A stretch of 63,976 bases of DNA, filler included, from Chrysochromulina tobinii (taxonomy: Eukaryota), in the NCBI GenBank assembly GCA_001275005.1. It is 6 parts of 6 records of this genome, joined end to end, with 100 filler letters (N's around TTAATTAATTAA, not from the genome) between each part and the next. Parts side by side here need not be neighbours in the genome. Positions count along the whole stretch, not along the records: positions 32,631 to 53,744 come from JWZX01000910.1; 5 more parts are not named here. One strand, written 5' to 3'. Below the pieces are notes generated by a model that was not told the DNA's origin, did not search any database, and saw only the letters and a program-made list of their open reading frames with translations. A program made the translations under genes and the position numbers. The number at the start of each line of letters is the position of its first letter. Position 1 is the stretch's first letter. Below, one piece after another: positions 32,631-41,581 of this stretch.

Positions 32631-33026
32631 GGAGACCGCGATCTGCGAGGGTGCGGAGGGTGCGACGCCGTCGCAGTACCTGCAGCGGGTGAGCAGTGCG
32701 GCGACGCTCACGCCGCCGTGCGCATCGCTCCGGAAGGAAGCGTCGCCGAGGGTGACGGTGCTGCCGGCCTCGATGGCATCGCGCGAAGAGCACATGGAAG
32801 AGCAGTGGCCGCCGGCGCCACCTCCGCCGCCCGGGCCTTTCGAGCGTGCCGCCTCGATGCCGAGGGGCGCCATGGCGAGCACGCCCCCGAACAACTGGTG
32901 GCCGACGGCACCGCCGAATGACTCGATGAAACGACCGTTGAGCGCGCGCCGCGGATCGGACACGCTCGAGAGCGCGGCCTGCAAGAGTAGTACCATCGCC
33001 ACGAGATGTCGCAGCCCAAGGCCCAC
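32631..33026 (-). CDS. Secreted or membrane protein, N-terminal fragment truncated by the gap
   Basis: Signal-peptide-like LVAMVLLLQAALSS; frame stays open into the gap. Confidence 0.5.
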
Positions 33027-33175
33027 GTGGTGCTTTCAGCCGTGAGAATGCTGTTTGTCCCAAACGAGTATTAACAGCCAATTCACACACGCCAATTCAC
33101 ACCACTTGCGCGCATCAGCTCATCCATCGGCAACGCTGGCCATCGCGCACAACCAGAGAAATTCTGACGCATAAT

Positions 33176-33937
33176 ATGTACTCCTTCGACTGGGCCAAGG
33201 GCTACGTTTCGCCTTTTCGCGACCGCGACGGGGAAAGTGTATACACCACGCCACTTCCTGTAGTTGATGCGCTCATCGATTGCATTCTCGCCTCTCCCCG
33301 CTGGTGTACGGGATCGCCTCGGCTTCTCGTGGATTTGGGCTCTGGTGATGGACGCATCGTCCTCGCCGCCGCTCGTCGTGGCATCAGCGCCATGGGTGTG
33401 GAGCTCGATCCTGCGTTGGTCGAAGCCGCTCGTATTGCTGCCGCCGCCGAGGGTTTGCACACAGCCACATTCGTGTGTGCTTCGCTGCTGGAGGTCGAGC
33501 TGCCTGCCGAAGCCGACATTGTCGCCTACCTCTTGCCCGAAGGGCTGGCCAAGCTGGCACGGCGACTCGCTGCGCAATCTTTTTCCGGGCAGCTCTTCGC
33601 GCTGCGATGGTCCCTCGAGGGTCAAGCGGACGTGCAGCTCGTGCGGCGCCTCCCACTCACGTCCGCTATGGAGGTCAATGAGCATCGTGACGACTGCACC
33701 AGCACCGGTACCGGTCAGGGCGAGACGGGGCTGGCCGCGCGCTGGGTGGTTCATGAGTACGAGTGCATCGATGCAACGTCTGCGCTGGCGCGTGAGGCGG
33801 CAATCGCGCAGCACGCATGGCGGATGGCCCAGGCCGCGAGACTGAGCGCATCTTCGTCGTCCCCAGCTGTGGCCCATACGATACGATCCTGTAAAATCGA
33901 ACCCAATCTCAAAACCACATGCGACCATAGGAACTAG
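33176..33937 (+). CDS. Class I SAM-dependent methyltransferase (FAM173-like protein methyltransferase)
   Basis: YTTPLPVV, LVDLGSGDGRIVLAAARRG, GVELDPALV, IVAYLLP. Confidence 0.85.
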   Translation: MYSFDWAKGYVSPFRDRDGESVYTTPLPVVDALIDCILASPRWCTGSPRLLVDLGSGDGRIVLAAARRGISAMGVELDPALVEAARIAAAAEGLHTATFVCASLLEVELPAEADIVAYLLPEGLAKLARRLAAQSFSGQLFALRWSLEGQADVQLVRRLPLTSAMEVNEHRDDCTSTGTGQGETGLAARWVVHEYECIDATSALAREAAIAQHAWRMAQAARLSASSSSPAVAHTIRSCKIEPNLKTTCDHRN

Positions 33938-34577
33938 GAGCCAACACCTGTAAGCCTCGCCTGATCATGACGTCTTCCCGCATGAACGAAGCTGTCACAC
34001 AGTAGCGTAGGTCGCCGCAGTTCGCATATTTTCCCATGGCTTATCCATGGGCTTATCCCTACCGCGTTCGTCTCGGCTACATGCATCATGCTCGGCTACG
34101 AGGAGGAGGGTTCGCCAAAAGGAGCTCTAAGACGCGTAACCGATTCCGCTCCGTGTGCATTGTCCGTGCGTTACATGTGAATTGTAAAGGCCCAGCACTT
34201 TGCACTTTGCAAGCCGCACCAGGCAAGCCGATCATGGCCGATCAGATTTTCAATTGCAGATTTCATGAGATAAAAGCCCGGCCGACTTTCAGATGCACTC
34301 TTAATGCACTCGGCGGTCGGGGGCGCCATCGTCGCTCCCGTCGTCGCTCTCGCGCGCGATGGTCGCAGACATTAAGGCCAGGGCGATACCGTGGGGATCC
34401 TTAGGTTCTTAGATCGGGAAGTTGGGAAGATTTGCGTCCCCGAATCTCTTTGACTCTTTCCCACAGTGCGGTTCGACTCGGATCAATTTTCCCACACAAG
34501 AGCGCAAAGTCTCATGCGAAGCCGCATCTAGGTGTCCTATCCCGAGTACGAGCCACTCGCGGTGTGTCGCTGGCGAC

Positions 34578-36656
34578 ATGTCGGACTCCCCTTCGACTGC
34601 AGCGGTGCATGCCTGCGTTCATGGCTACGCCGAGGTACTTGGCGGTCTGGTGAGCTCCCGTGCCATCGATCCAGACGGCGCCGACCCTGCGAGCGGCCAG
34701 CGATACTTGGTTGTGGCGGCGCAGCACGGCCAAACCACGTGTGTCCGTGGCCTGCTCCAGAGCAAGGCAAGCCCTGATACACACGATTCGCAAGGAGATA
34801 CGCCGCTCTGCGTGGCCGCCTACTGGGGCCTTGCGGACGTGCTGGACGTGCTCCTAGAGCATGGTGCCAATCCCAACGTGCGGACCCAGAACGGTGAGGC
34901 TGCTCTGCACCGGGCAGCCTACAGGGGCTCCGCAGCTTGCTGCCGCATGCTGTTGGCAGCTTCGGCGGACATCACCGCGCGCGATGCCGAGGGCACGGCG
35001 CTCGACATGGCCACACGCCACGGGCACGACAGCTGTGCGGCCTTGCTCACCGCAGCCTGGATGCCTGATGCGCCCGTGACGGTCACCTTCGAGAACCGCT
35101 CGCCGTGGCCCTTGGTGCTGTGCTACCTGCTCCCCACCCCTGGGCTACCCGTCGGTCAAGCGTATACCCGCCCCCCCGAGCAGCCGACGGTGAGTCTCCC
35201 CCCCGGCGCCAAAAGGGTCTGCTCGACATTCGCAGGGCACGAGTGGTACCTTCGGTCTGAGAGTGATGGCACGCTGCTCGACACGTACATGGTGCGGAGC
35301 CCCGGCGGCGCGCAGCAACAGCATTGCATCTTCCCAAGCCTCGGGTGGGAATGGGAGGACGGGTCGCCTCAGAGCGGTCAGTGGCGCCAGTACGATCCCG
35401 AGCTGCTCCTGCGCCTCTTGCACGCGCATGCATCGGGCCACTCCATGCTCACTGTGCCTGATCCTCAACGGGGGGTCGACTACGAGATCAATCTGACGGA
35501 TCGCACGCAGCGCAATACGCGCACGGGCTTCGTCCGGCGGCTGCGCGCAGTCCCGCCGCCGCTGCCACCGCCACCATCCGCCGCCGAACTCCTCGCCCCC
35601 GGCGCGCCACTCGCGCAACTCAACGCCTTTCCTGGGGACTTTGATACGCCTCCGCCGTACTGGAGCCAACCCGACAGCCAGGACGGCGCTGGCAGCAGCA
35701 GCAGCAGCTCCCCCCCGGTGGTGCGGCGGCTCCCTTCGGGGGGGCTCAAGCAAGAGCTGCGTCCAGAGTCACCCGTCTTTCAAGAAGTACTCCAGATGCT
35801 TCGCGACTCCGGGACGGATCTGGCCTCGCTTCGCCTCTCGGCTATCTACTGCGTCGAGAACCGGGACTTCTTCCGCGAGTACCAGGCGCGTCGGAAAACG
35901 ATGCTAACCCGCCTCGGCCTTCCGCGACTGAACGAGCGCTGGCTGTGGCACGGCACGGACAGGGACTCAATCGACTCAATCCTTGCCAATGGATTCTTGC
36001 GTGACTATAACAATACCAGCGCGCATGGAAAGGGCGTGTACTTTGCCCGGCAGGCGGCGTACTCACTCTCGCGCAGGTACTCGAAGATCGACCCCAACAC
36101 CGGCGAACACTTCCTCCTCCTGTGCCGCGTGCTCGTGGGCGAGGCATGCGTCGGCAGTTCAGGGATGGAGCGGCCCACACGGAAGCCAAACAGCAACGCG
36201 TTGCACGAGAGTATGGTCGACCAGCTACCTGTAGAGCAGAGCCAGATCGTCGTCCTCTCCGCAGGCAGCGACAAGCAGGCCTACCCCGAGTTCGTCCTCA
36301 AGTTCCAGAGCGGAGATGGAGGCGGTGGTGGCGGCGGCGGTCGCGGCGGCGGTGGTCCCGGCGGCGGATTTGGTGGCGGGTTTGGAGGCAAAGGTGGTGG
36401 AGGCGGTCCTGGCGGCGGTCCCGGCGGCAGCTTCACATTTGGAGGCAACGGTGGTGGAGGCGGTGGCGGCGGTGGCGGTAAAGGCGGCGGTCCCAGCGGC
36501 AGCGGATTTGGTGGCGGCTTTGGAGGCAAAGGTGGTGGAGGCGGTGGTGGCGGCGGCGGTAAAGGCGGCGGTAGAGGCGGCAGCGGATTTGGTGGCGGCT
36601 TTGGAGGCAAAGGTGGTGGAGGCGGTGGTGGCGGCGGCGGTAAAGGCGGCGGTTAA
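34578..36656 (+). CDS. Ankyrin - VHL-beta - WWE - PARP catalytic (H-Y-I, mono-ART type) - Gly/FG-rich tail, copy 1
   Basis: Four to five ankyrin repeats; VTFENRS...STFAGHEWYLR (VHL beta); WEWED..QWRQY...YEINL..TQRNTRTGFVRRLR (WWE); WLWHGT, GKGVYFA, LLCRVLVG, QAYPEFVLKF (PARP). Confidence 0.92.
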   Translation: MSDSPSTAAVHACVHGYAEVLGGLVSSRAIDPDGADPASGQRYLVVAAQHGQTTCVRGLLQSKASPDTHDSQGDTPLCVAAYWGLADVLDVLLEHGANPNVRTQNGEAALHRAAYRGSAACCRMLLAASADITARDAEGTALDMATRHGHDSCAALLTAAWMPDAPVTVTFENRSPWPLVLCYLLPTPGLPVGQAYTRPPEQPTVSLPPGAKRVCSTFAGHEWYLRSESDGTLLDTYMVRSPGGAQQQHCIFPSLGWEWEDGSPQSGQWRQYDPELLLRLLHAHASGHSMLTVPDPQRGVDYEINLTDRTQRNTRTGFVRRLRAVPPPLPPPPSAAELLAPGAPLAQLNAFPGDFDTPPPYWSQPDSQDGAGSSSSSSPPVVRRLPSGGLKQELRPESPVFQEVLQMLRDSGTDLASLRLSAIYCVENRDFFREYQARRKTMLTRLGLPRLNERWLWHGTDRDSIDSILANGFLRDYNNTSAHGKGVYFARQAAYSLSRRYSKIDPNTGEHFLLLCRVLVGEACVGSSGMERPTRKPNSNALHESMVDQLPVEQSQIVVLSAGSDKQAYPEFVLKFQSGDGGGGGGGGRGGGGPGGGFGGGFGGKGGGGGPGGGPGGSFTFGGNGGGGGGGGGGKGGGPSGSGFGGGFGGKGGGGGGGGGGKGGGRGGSGFGGGFGGKGGGGGGGGGGKGGG

Positions 36657-37574
36657 GGCGGCGGTAAAGGCGGCAGCGTATTTGGCACCGGCGGTCTCGC
36701 CCGGCCCGACCTGATCGCTCTCCAGCACGGCAGCCGAGGAGGCGGCGGCAGCCAAGCAGGGTAGGAGGCGGCCGGCGTCGACGCAGGCGGAGCTGATGAT
36801 GGCGGCACCGGCGCCTCGTTCATGGATAGGAGTGCGCTCAATGCTGCATCCGCGTAGTCAAAGGGAAATGATCAATGCAGCTCTCGAGCGGCGTGGCCTC
36901 GGCGGTGGCAGCGGGAGAAGCGACGAGTCACTCTGAGAGTGTGAATGTTGCCTCTTATGCGCTCGTCCGTGACGGAATCTGTATCCGAGTCTGTGTGTAT
37001 CGGATCGCCTCGTGCGCGGCGCCCTCTTGTCGTGTGGCTTCGTTTCGCCGCGTCCAGGCTAGGGCGGAGTCGGGGGGCTGTTTATCTGCTGTCCATGCTG
37101 CTGTCCCACAGACTGTCTCGACAGACTGTCCGTCCACCGCGGTCTTGGGCTCTTGGCTGGTGCTCGTCGGGGGGGCGGTCGCCCAGACGCGAGACGGGCG
37201 ACGGTAGGGACGGCAACGCCGACGGCGGGGCGTCGAGCGATTCGGGATCGGATTAGCCAGGTACGCCAAGAACGGAAACGGTACGGTAGCGGACGGCAAC
37301 AGCACACGATGCCCGCGTTGGCCCGCGTCGTCGAAGTAGAATAGTAGATATGTTTATGGCAAACTCAAGTAAGTCCGACACGAATATCCGACACGAATAC
37401 CTGATGAAGCTCTCTTGAGCAAGGACTTAGGGGTCTTTTTCGGACCAACTGTGGTCTTTTGACTCGTGTGAACCCTTTTTTTCTAACGAAAAGCCAGGAC
37501 GTCGCACACCGTGCCACAAGCGGCGACTTTGGAAAATTTCCGAAAGTCTAGCACGAGTCAACTGTGGTCTTCAC

Positions 37575-39723
37575 GTGAACGTTCGGAATCCGTGCAATTG
37601 CTCGTGGGCGTCGCGGGCGTGCGGCCGCGCGGACGGCTCTGCGTGCTGGCAGAGTTGCTGTGGGCCGAATGGTGAAGTGCGGACCCGTAAGCCACGGCCG
37701 CCGCCCAAGCACTCGGTGTGCTTGTTCGTGCTACGGTGGGGTGATTGGCCGCCGTGGGCGCCGCTGCTGCTGAGAACGATGGAGCTCAACCCTACCATCC
37801 GGTTCTTGCTCATGGGCGACGCCGCTCCGAGTGCGGCCTCGTGGCCGTCCAATTGCGCATTTCATCACGTCTCGTTGCGCATGCTGCTTCAGCGCGCGCG
37901 CTCGGCGCTCGGCGCGGCGCCGTCGAGCCTGCCTGTCGCAGGCTCAGCCTCCAAGGTATCCGATCTGAAGCCGATGCTCGCGCATCTGTATCCTGAGCTG
38001 CTCCAGGGCTGCGACTTTTGGGGGTGGATGCAGGAGGACCAGCTCCTGGGCGACCTGCGCGCCTTCCTCGACGAGCCTCTCCTCACCAATCACGACGTGA
38101 TCTCGCCGCTCCCAGCTCCACTCTGGCACGCGGGACCCTTCATGGTCCTGCGGCACACGAAGCCGATCGACGCGCTGTACCGGCGCTCGACGCAGTGGCG
38201 CACCGTGCTTGCTGCGCCGGCGTACCTGGCCTTTGATGAGTGGTGGGGCGCTTCGCTCAAGGACCACATGCCCAAGGTGATGATCACGATGATCTTGATG
38301 GCCTCTGATGGCGACTGAATGAGCCTTGATGGCCCCTGATGACGGACCACATGCCCAAGGTGATCGAGCGGAGGACCACTGGTGATCTTGATGGCCTCTG
38401 ATGAACTCGAATAGCCTTGCTCGTCAGGTTTTTGAGCGGTGATTGCCTCTTGATGGCCTCTTGATGGCCTCGTGATTGCCCCGTGATGGCCTCTTGATGG
38501 CCTCTTGATGGCCTCTTGATGGCCTCTTGATGGCCATGAACGTCCTCACGCATCGGGTTGTCGAGCGGCAGGCGGCCGCCAGTGCAGGAGGAGCACCTGA
38601 TTGCACCTGATTTCATCTGATTTCACATGATTGCAACTGATTGCACCTGATCGCACCTGATTGCATCCGTCATCAGGTTGTCGAGCGGGAGGCGGCCGCC
38701 GGCCGTCTCCGAGCGTACTCGGCGCAGCCGGAGACAGATGCGAAGGTCTGGCTCGTAGACGATTACATCTACGCGGCTCCGGAATCTACCGGTCCGAATG
38801 CGATGGGCGCCGTGATGGGCGCGTCCTCGAGCGGCGCTGCTGCGGCCAACGGCTATCACGGCGCCCATCACGGCGCTACCGCGGCCAACGGCTATCACGG
38901 CGCCCATCACGGCGCTACCGCGGCCAACGGCTATCACGGCGCCCATCACGGCGCTACCGCGGCCAACGGCTATCACGGCCAGCGACCGACGCCGGCGGTT
39001 CACGGCCGCGGCGCGCGTTGGGTGGGCTCGGCGCTCGATACGGCGCGTGGCGTGGCCAAGGAGGACGACCCCTTTCGAACGCAGCGCTGGTATGACGAAA
39101 CGCTGCTCTTCTCGTGGCGACGTGGCGAGGACGGCGTCGGGCGGCTCTGGGCTGGGCCTGGATCCGACGCGACGCGCACGCTGTGGGATGCGGAGCAGGG
39201 ACAGCGCGCCGTGCTGCATTTGATGGCCTCGAAGCGCCTGCCGGCCTTCAGTGCGCTGCGGAATACCGAGCACCTGCGATCCATGGCGGCGCATGCATTG
39301 GAGTTCCATGTGACGAAACACGGGCTGTGGATCAAGACGAGCCGATTAGGGAAGAGCCACACCTGGTTTGCGGGCGGTATGGGGTCAGCACACCTGCTGC
39401 TTCGGTCCGCCGACGTACGCCGCGCGATGTCTCAGATGATGCTCCTCGGCAAGCCGACGCCCGACACGACGCGTCGGTACGCGCGTCGCATGGAACGTTT
39501 GCTGCCGTGTGCGCATGCGGCGCGACGCGACGATGGCAAGCGCCCGTTGCGCGCGTGTGCCGAGTGCCAGGGCGAGGGTGGAGCATCCTCGGCACGAGCG
39601 CGGCACGCGGCTTTCTCCAGCACCAAGCCGTTGACCAAGCCGTGCGACGTCATCAATGTGAGTGCGGTGCTGCCGCCCTTGTGCCGCCGCACCCTCTGCG
39701 CTGTGAGCGCGGCGCTGCAATAG
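37575..39723 (+). CDS. DUF6625-like putative glycosyltransferase with a small N-terminal Cys-rich module
   Basis: WPPW...NPTIRFLL, KVSDLKP, DFWGWMQEDQLLGDL, GPFMVLR, AFDE; intron 38277-38676 joins DHMPK|VVERE. True start unclear. Confidence 0.7.
38277..38676 (+). other. Repeat-filled intron containing copies of the flanking exon ends
   Basis: GT at 38277, CATCAG at 38676; (GATGGCCTCTT)n blocks; exon copies at 38344, 38421 and 38551. Confidence 0.85.
38842..38979 (+). repeat. 39-bp coding tandem repeat (AANGYHGAHHGAT x3.5)
   Basis: Visible directly; in frame. Confidence 0.92.
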
Positions 39724-40067
39724 AATATAGAATGACAGTTTAGGTTATCATATGCCGTCCCGTTCAAAAAGAGCTATTTCGAGCGGTAGTACGGGCAGCT
39801 GAATCCTGAAACCTGAATCACGATGACGTCCAATCATCGAATGTGCACTCGGTTATAGTACGCGCGCGACGTACAACGCTTCCTAGACGCATACTCCCCT
39901 CGTACTTCGGCGGCGACGGCAAACTAACTCCGATCGGCTGTTCACATACTCGTAGGAACTATCTTCCCTTCCTTGTGGGCACGCTGGTGATAGATGCGCC
40001 CGCAAGTGATGCACACGCAGATGCGCCCGCGCTCTGGACACGATTTTGTAGCCATGTCCAGGGGCTG

Positions 40068-40151
40068 CCGGCAGATCTCCTCCGGCAGATCTCCTCCGGC
40101 AGATCTCCTCCGGCAGATCTCCTCCGGCAGATCTGCAGGCAGATCTCCTCC
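40068..40151. repeat. 14-bp tandem repeat CCGGCAGATCTCCT
   Basis: About 6 copies. Confidence 0.92.
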
Positions 40152-40174
40152 GGGCACTCGGCCGAGTGGTGGTT

Positions 40175-40900
40175 TCAACGTCGAACGTGGCTAACACGAT
40201 AACGACGAGGACCGTGTGCAGTCGCCTGGCCTGTAAGAAGGCGATGGAGAGGGTGCAACGGCCCGAAGCTGCTAGCGGCGGCCGGAGCGGCGCCAAAGGC
40301 CGGGGCGCCCCTAAGCATGCCGCCAGCGGCAGCGGGCGCGGCAGCTGGCACCGGTGTGCCTCCGAAGAGGACGGCAGCTGGCGCCGGCATGTCAGAGGCA
40401 CTTTCGGCAACGATCTTGTCGATGGCACGGGATTCGAGAATATCGATTACATCATCAAACTGCTTGATGATACGTGCGATCGCTGCGTCGTCGGTGGGTG
40501 CTGGCTTTGCGATGAACATTCCTTGCCCCTCAAGCCAGCGCTTACGCTGCACCCTGGCTAGGTGCAACGCGGTGCACCCTTTCCGAGTAGCGCGGTGAAG
40601 ATCTGCGCCCGCGTCTAGGAGCAGCAAGACGCACTCTACGCTTGCATCGCGGGCGGCGATCATGAGAGGGTGTACCCCTTTGGGATTGGCACTATTGACG
40701 TCGGCGCCCGCCTCGATGGCCGATTGTAGCGCCGCCTCGTCCCCAGCTAGTGCAGCGTCGGCGACATCCCGAGCCAGTGCAGCGCCGTCGGCGACAAGCA
40801 ACACGCGGTCTTGAAGACTTTCCGTGCACATTGCACACGACGCACGAGAGCCTTGGACATGCGAGCACAGTGCCCCAGGTGGAGCGCTTGACTTTGGCAA
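40175..40900 (-). CDS. Ankyrin-repeat protein
   Basis: AIEAGADVN, GVHPLMIAA, LLLDAGAD, GCTALHLA; start uncertain. Confidence 0.75.
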   Translation of the reverse strand: MPKSSAPPGALCSHVQGSRASCAMCTESLQDRVLLVADGAALARDVADAALAGDEAALQSAIEAGADVNSANPKGVHPLMIAARDASVECVLLLLDAGADLHRATRKGCTALHLARVQRKRWLEGQGMFIAKPAPTDDAAIARIIKQFDDVIDILESRAIDKIVAESASDMPAPAAVLFGGTPVPAAAPAAAGGMLRGAPAFGAAPAAASSFGPLHPLHRLLTGQATAHGPRRYRVSHVRR

Positions 40901-41581
40901 ATGAGTGAAGCAAAAGAGGACGCCTCGAAATCTATTTGGGGCAACTCCTGGCTCCTCCTTTCAGGTTGGTCACAGCAAAACCCAAACGCAATCATAAGCA
41001 TCGATGACGAAAGAGATAGAGCTCGTTCGACTCCGGCCGACGACTCATACTCAAAAACACCAACCTGTTTTGTTAATTTTGTAAATTCTCAAGAGCAACT
41101 CAAAACCTCAGTTTCGTCGCGGTCCCCCCAGTGAGGTCGGCCTCTCCCAGCACACCCGCGCGCACACAGGGTGACCCCTATGGAGTGTGCCGAGCAAGCA
41201 AGTTGTTTCGACAACTTAGCTTGCTTGCTTGTGCCGAGCAGATGTAATGAGATGACACCCCGGCTTTTCAGGTGCTCTCGGCGCCGTCGCAGACATTAAG
41301 GCCAGGGCGATACCGAGGGGCTCTTGGGATTGGGAGAGCGGGTGGATGTACACGAAGATTTGCTTCCCCGTTTCCATGCGTTTCTCATCATGCTCCAACA
41401 CAAATCCAATGCAAAATCCCACATGATCCCACAGGAGCGGAAGTCGAGCACAAAAAACTCGCGAGGCAAACGTCGCCCCAGCCGCGGTGCGCAAGTCGAG
41501 CGCAAAGACGTAGGCGAAGTCTCAGCCGCATCTATCGCCAGGCCCAAGAGTACGAGCCACTCGCGGTGTGTCGCTGGCGAC

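Noticed and set aside
34422..34577. N-terminal extensions of the PARP ORFs (also 41324-41581)
   Set aside because: They begin at non-ATG codons and the two copies align continuously only from just upstream of the shared ATG (34578/41582).
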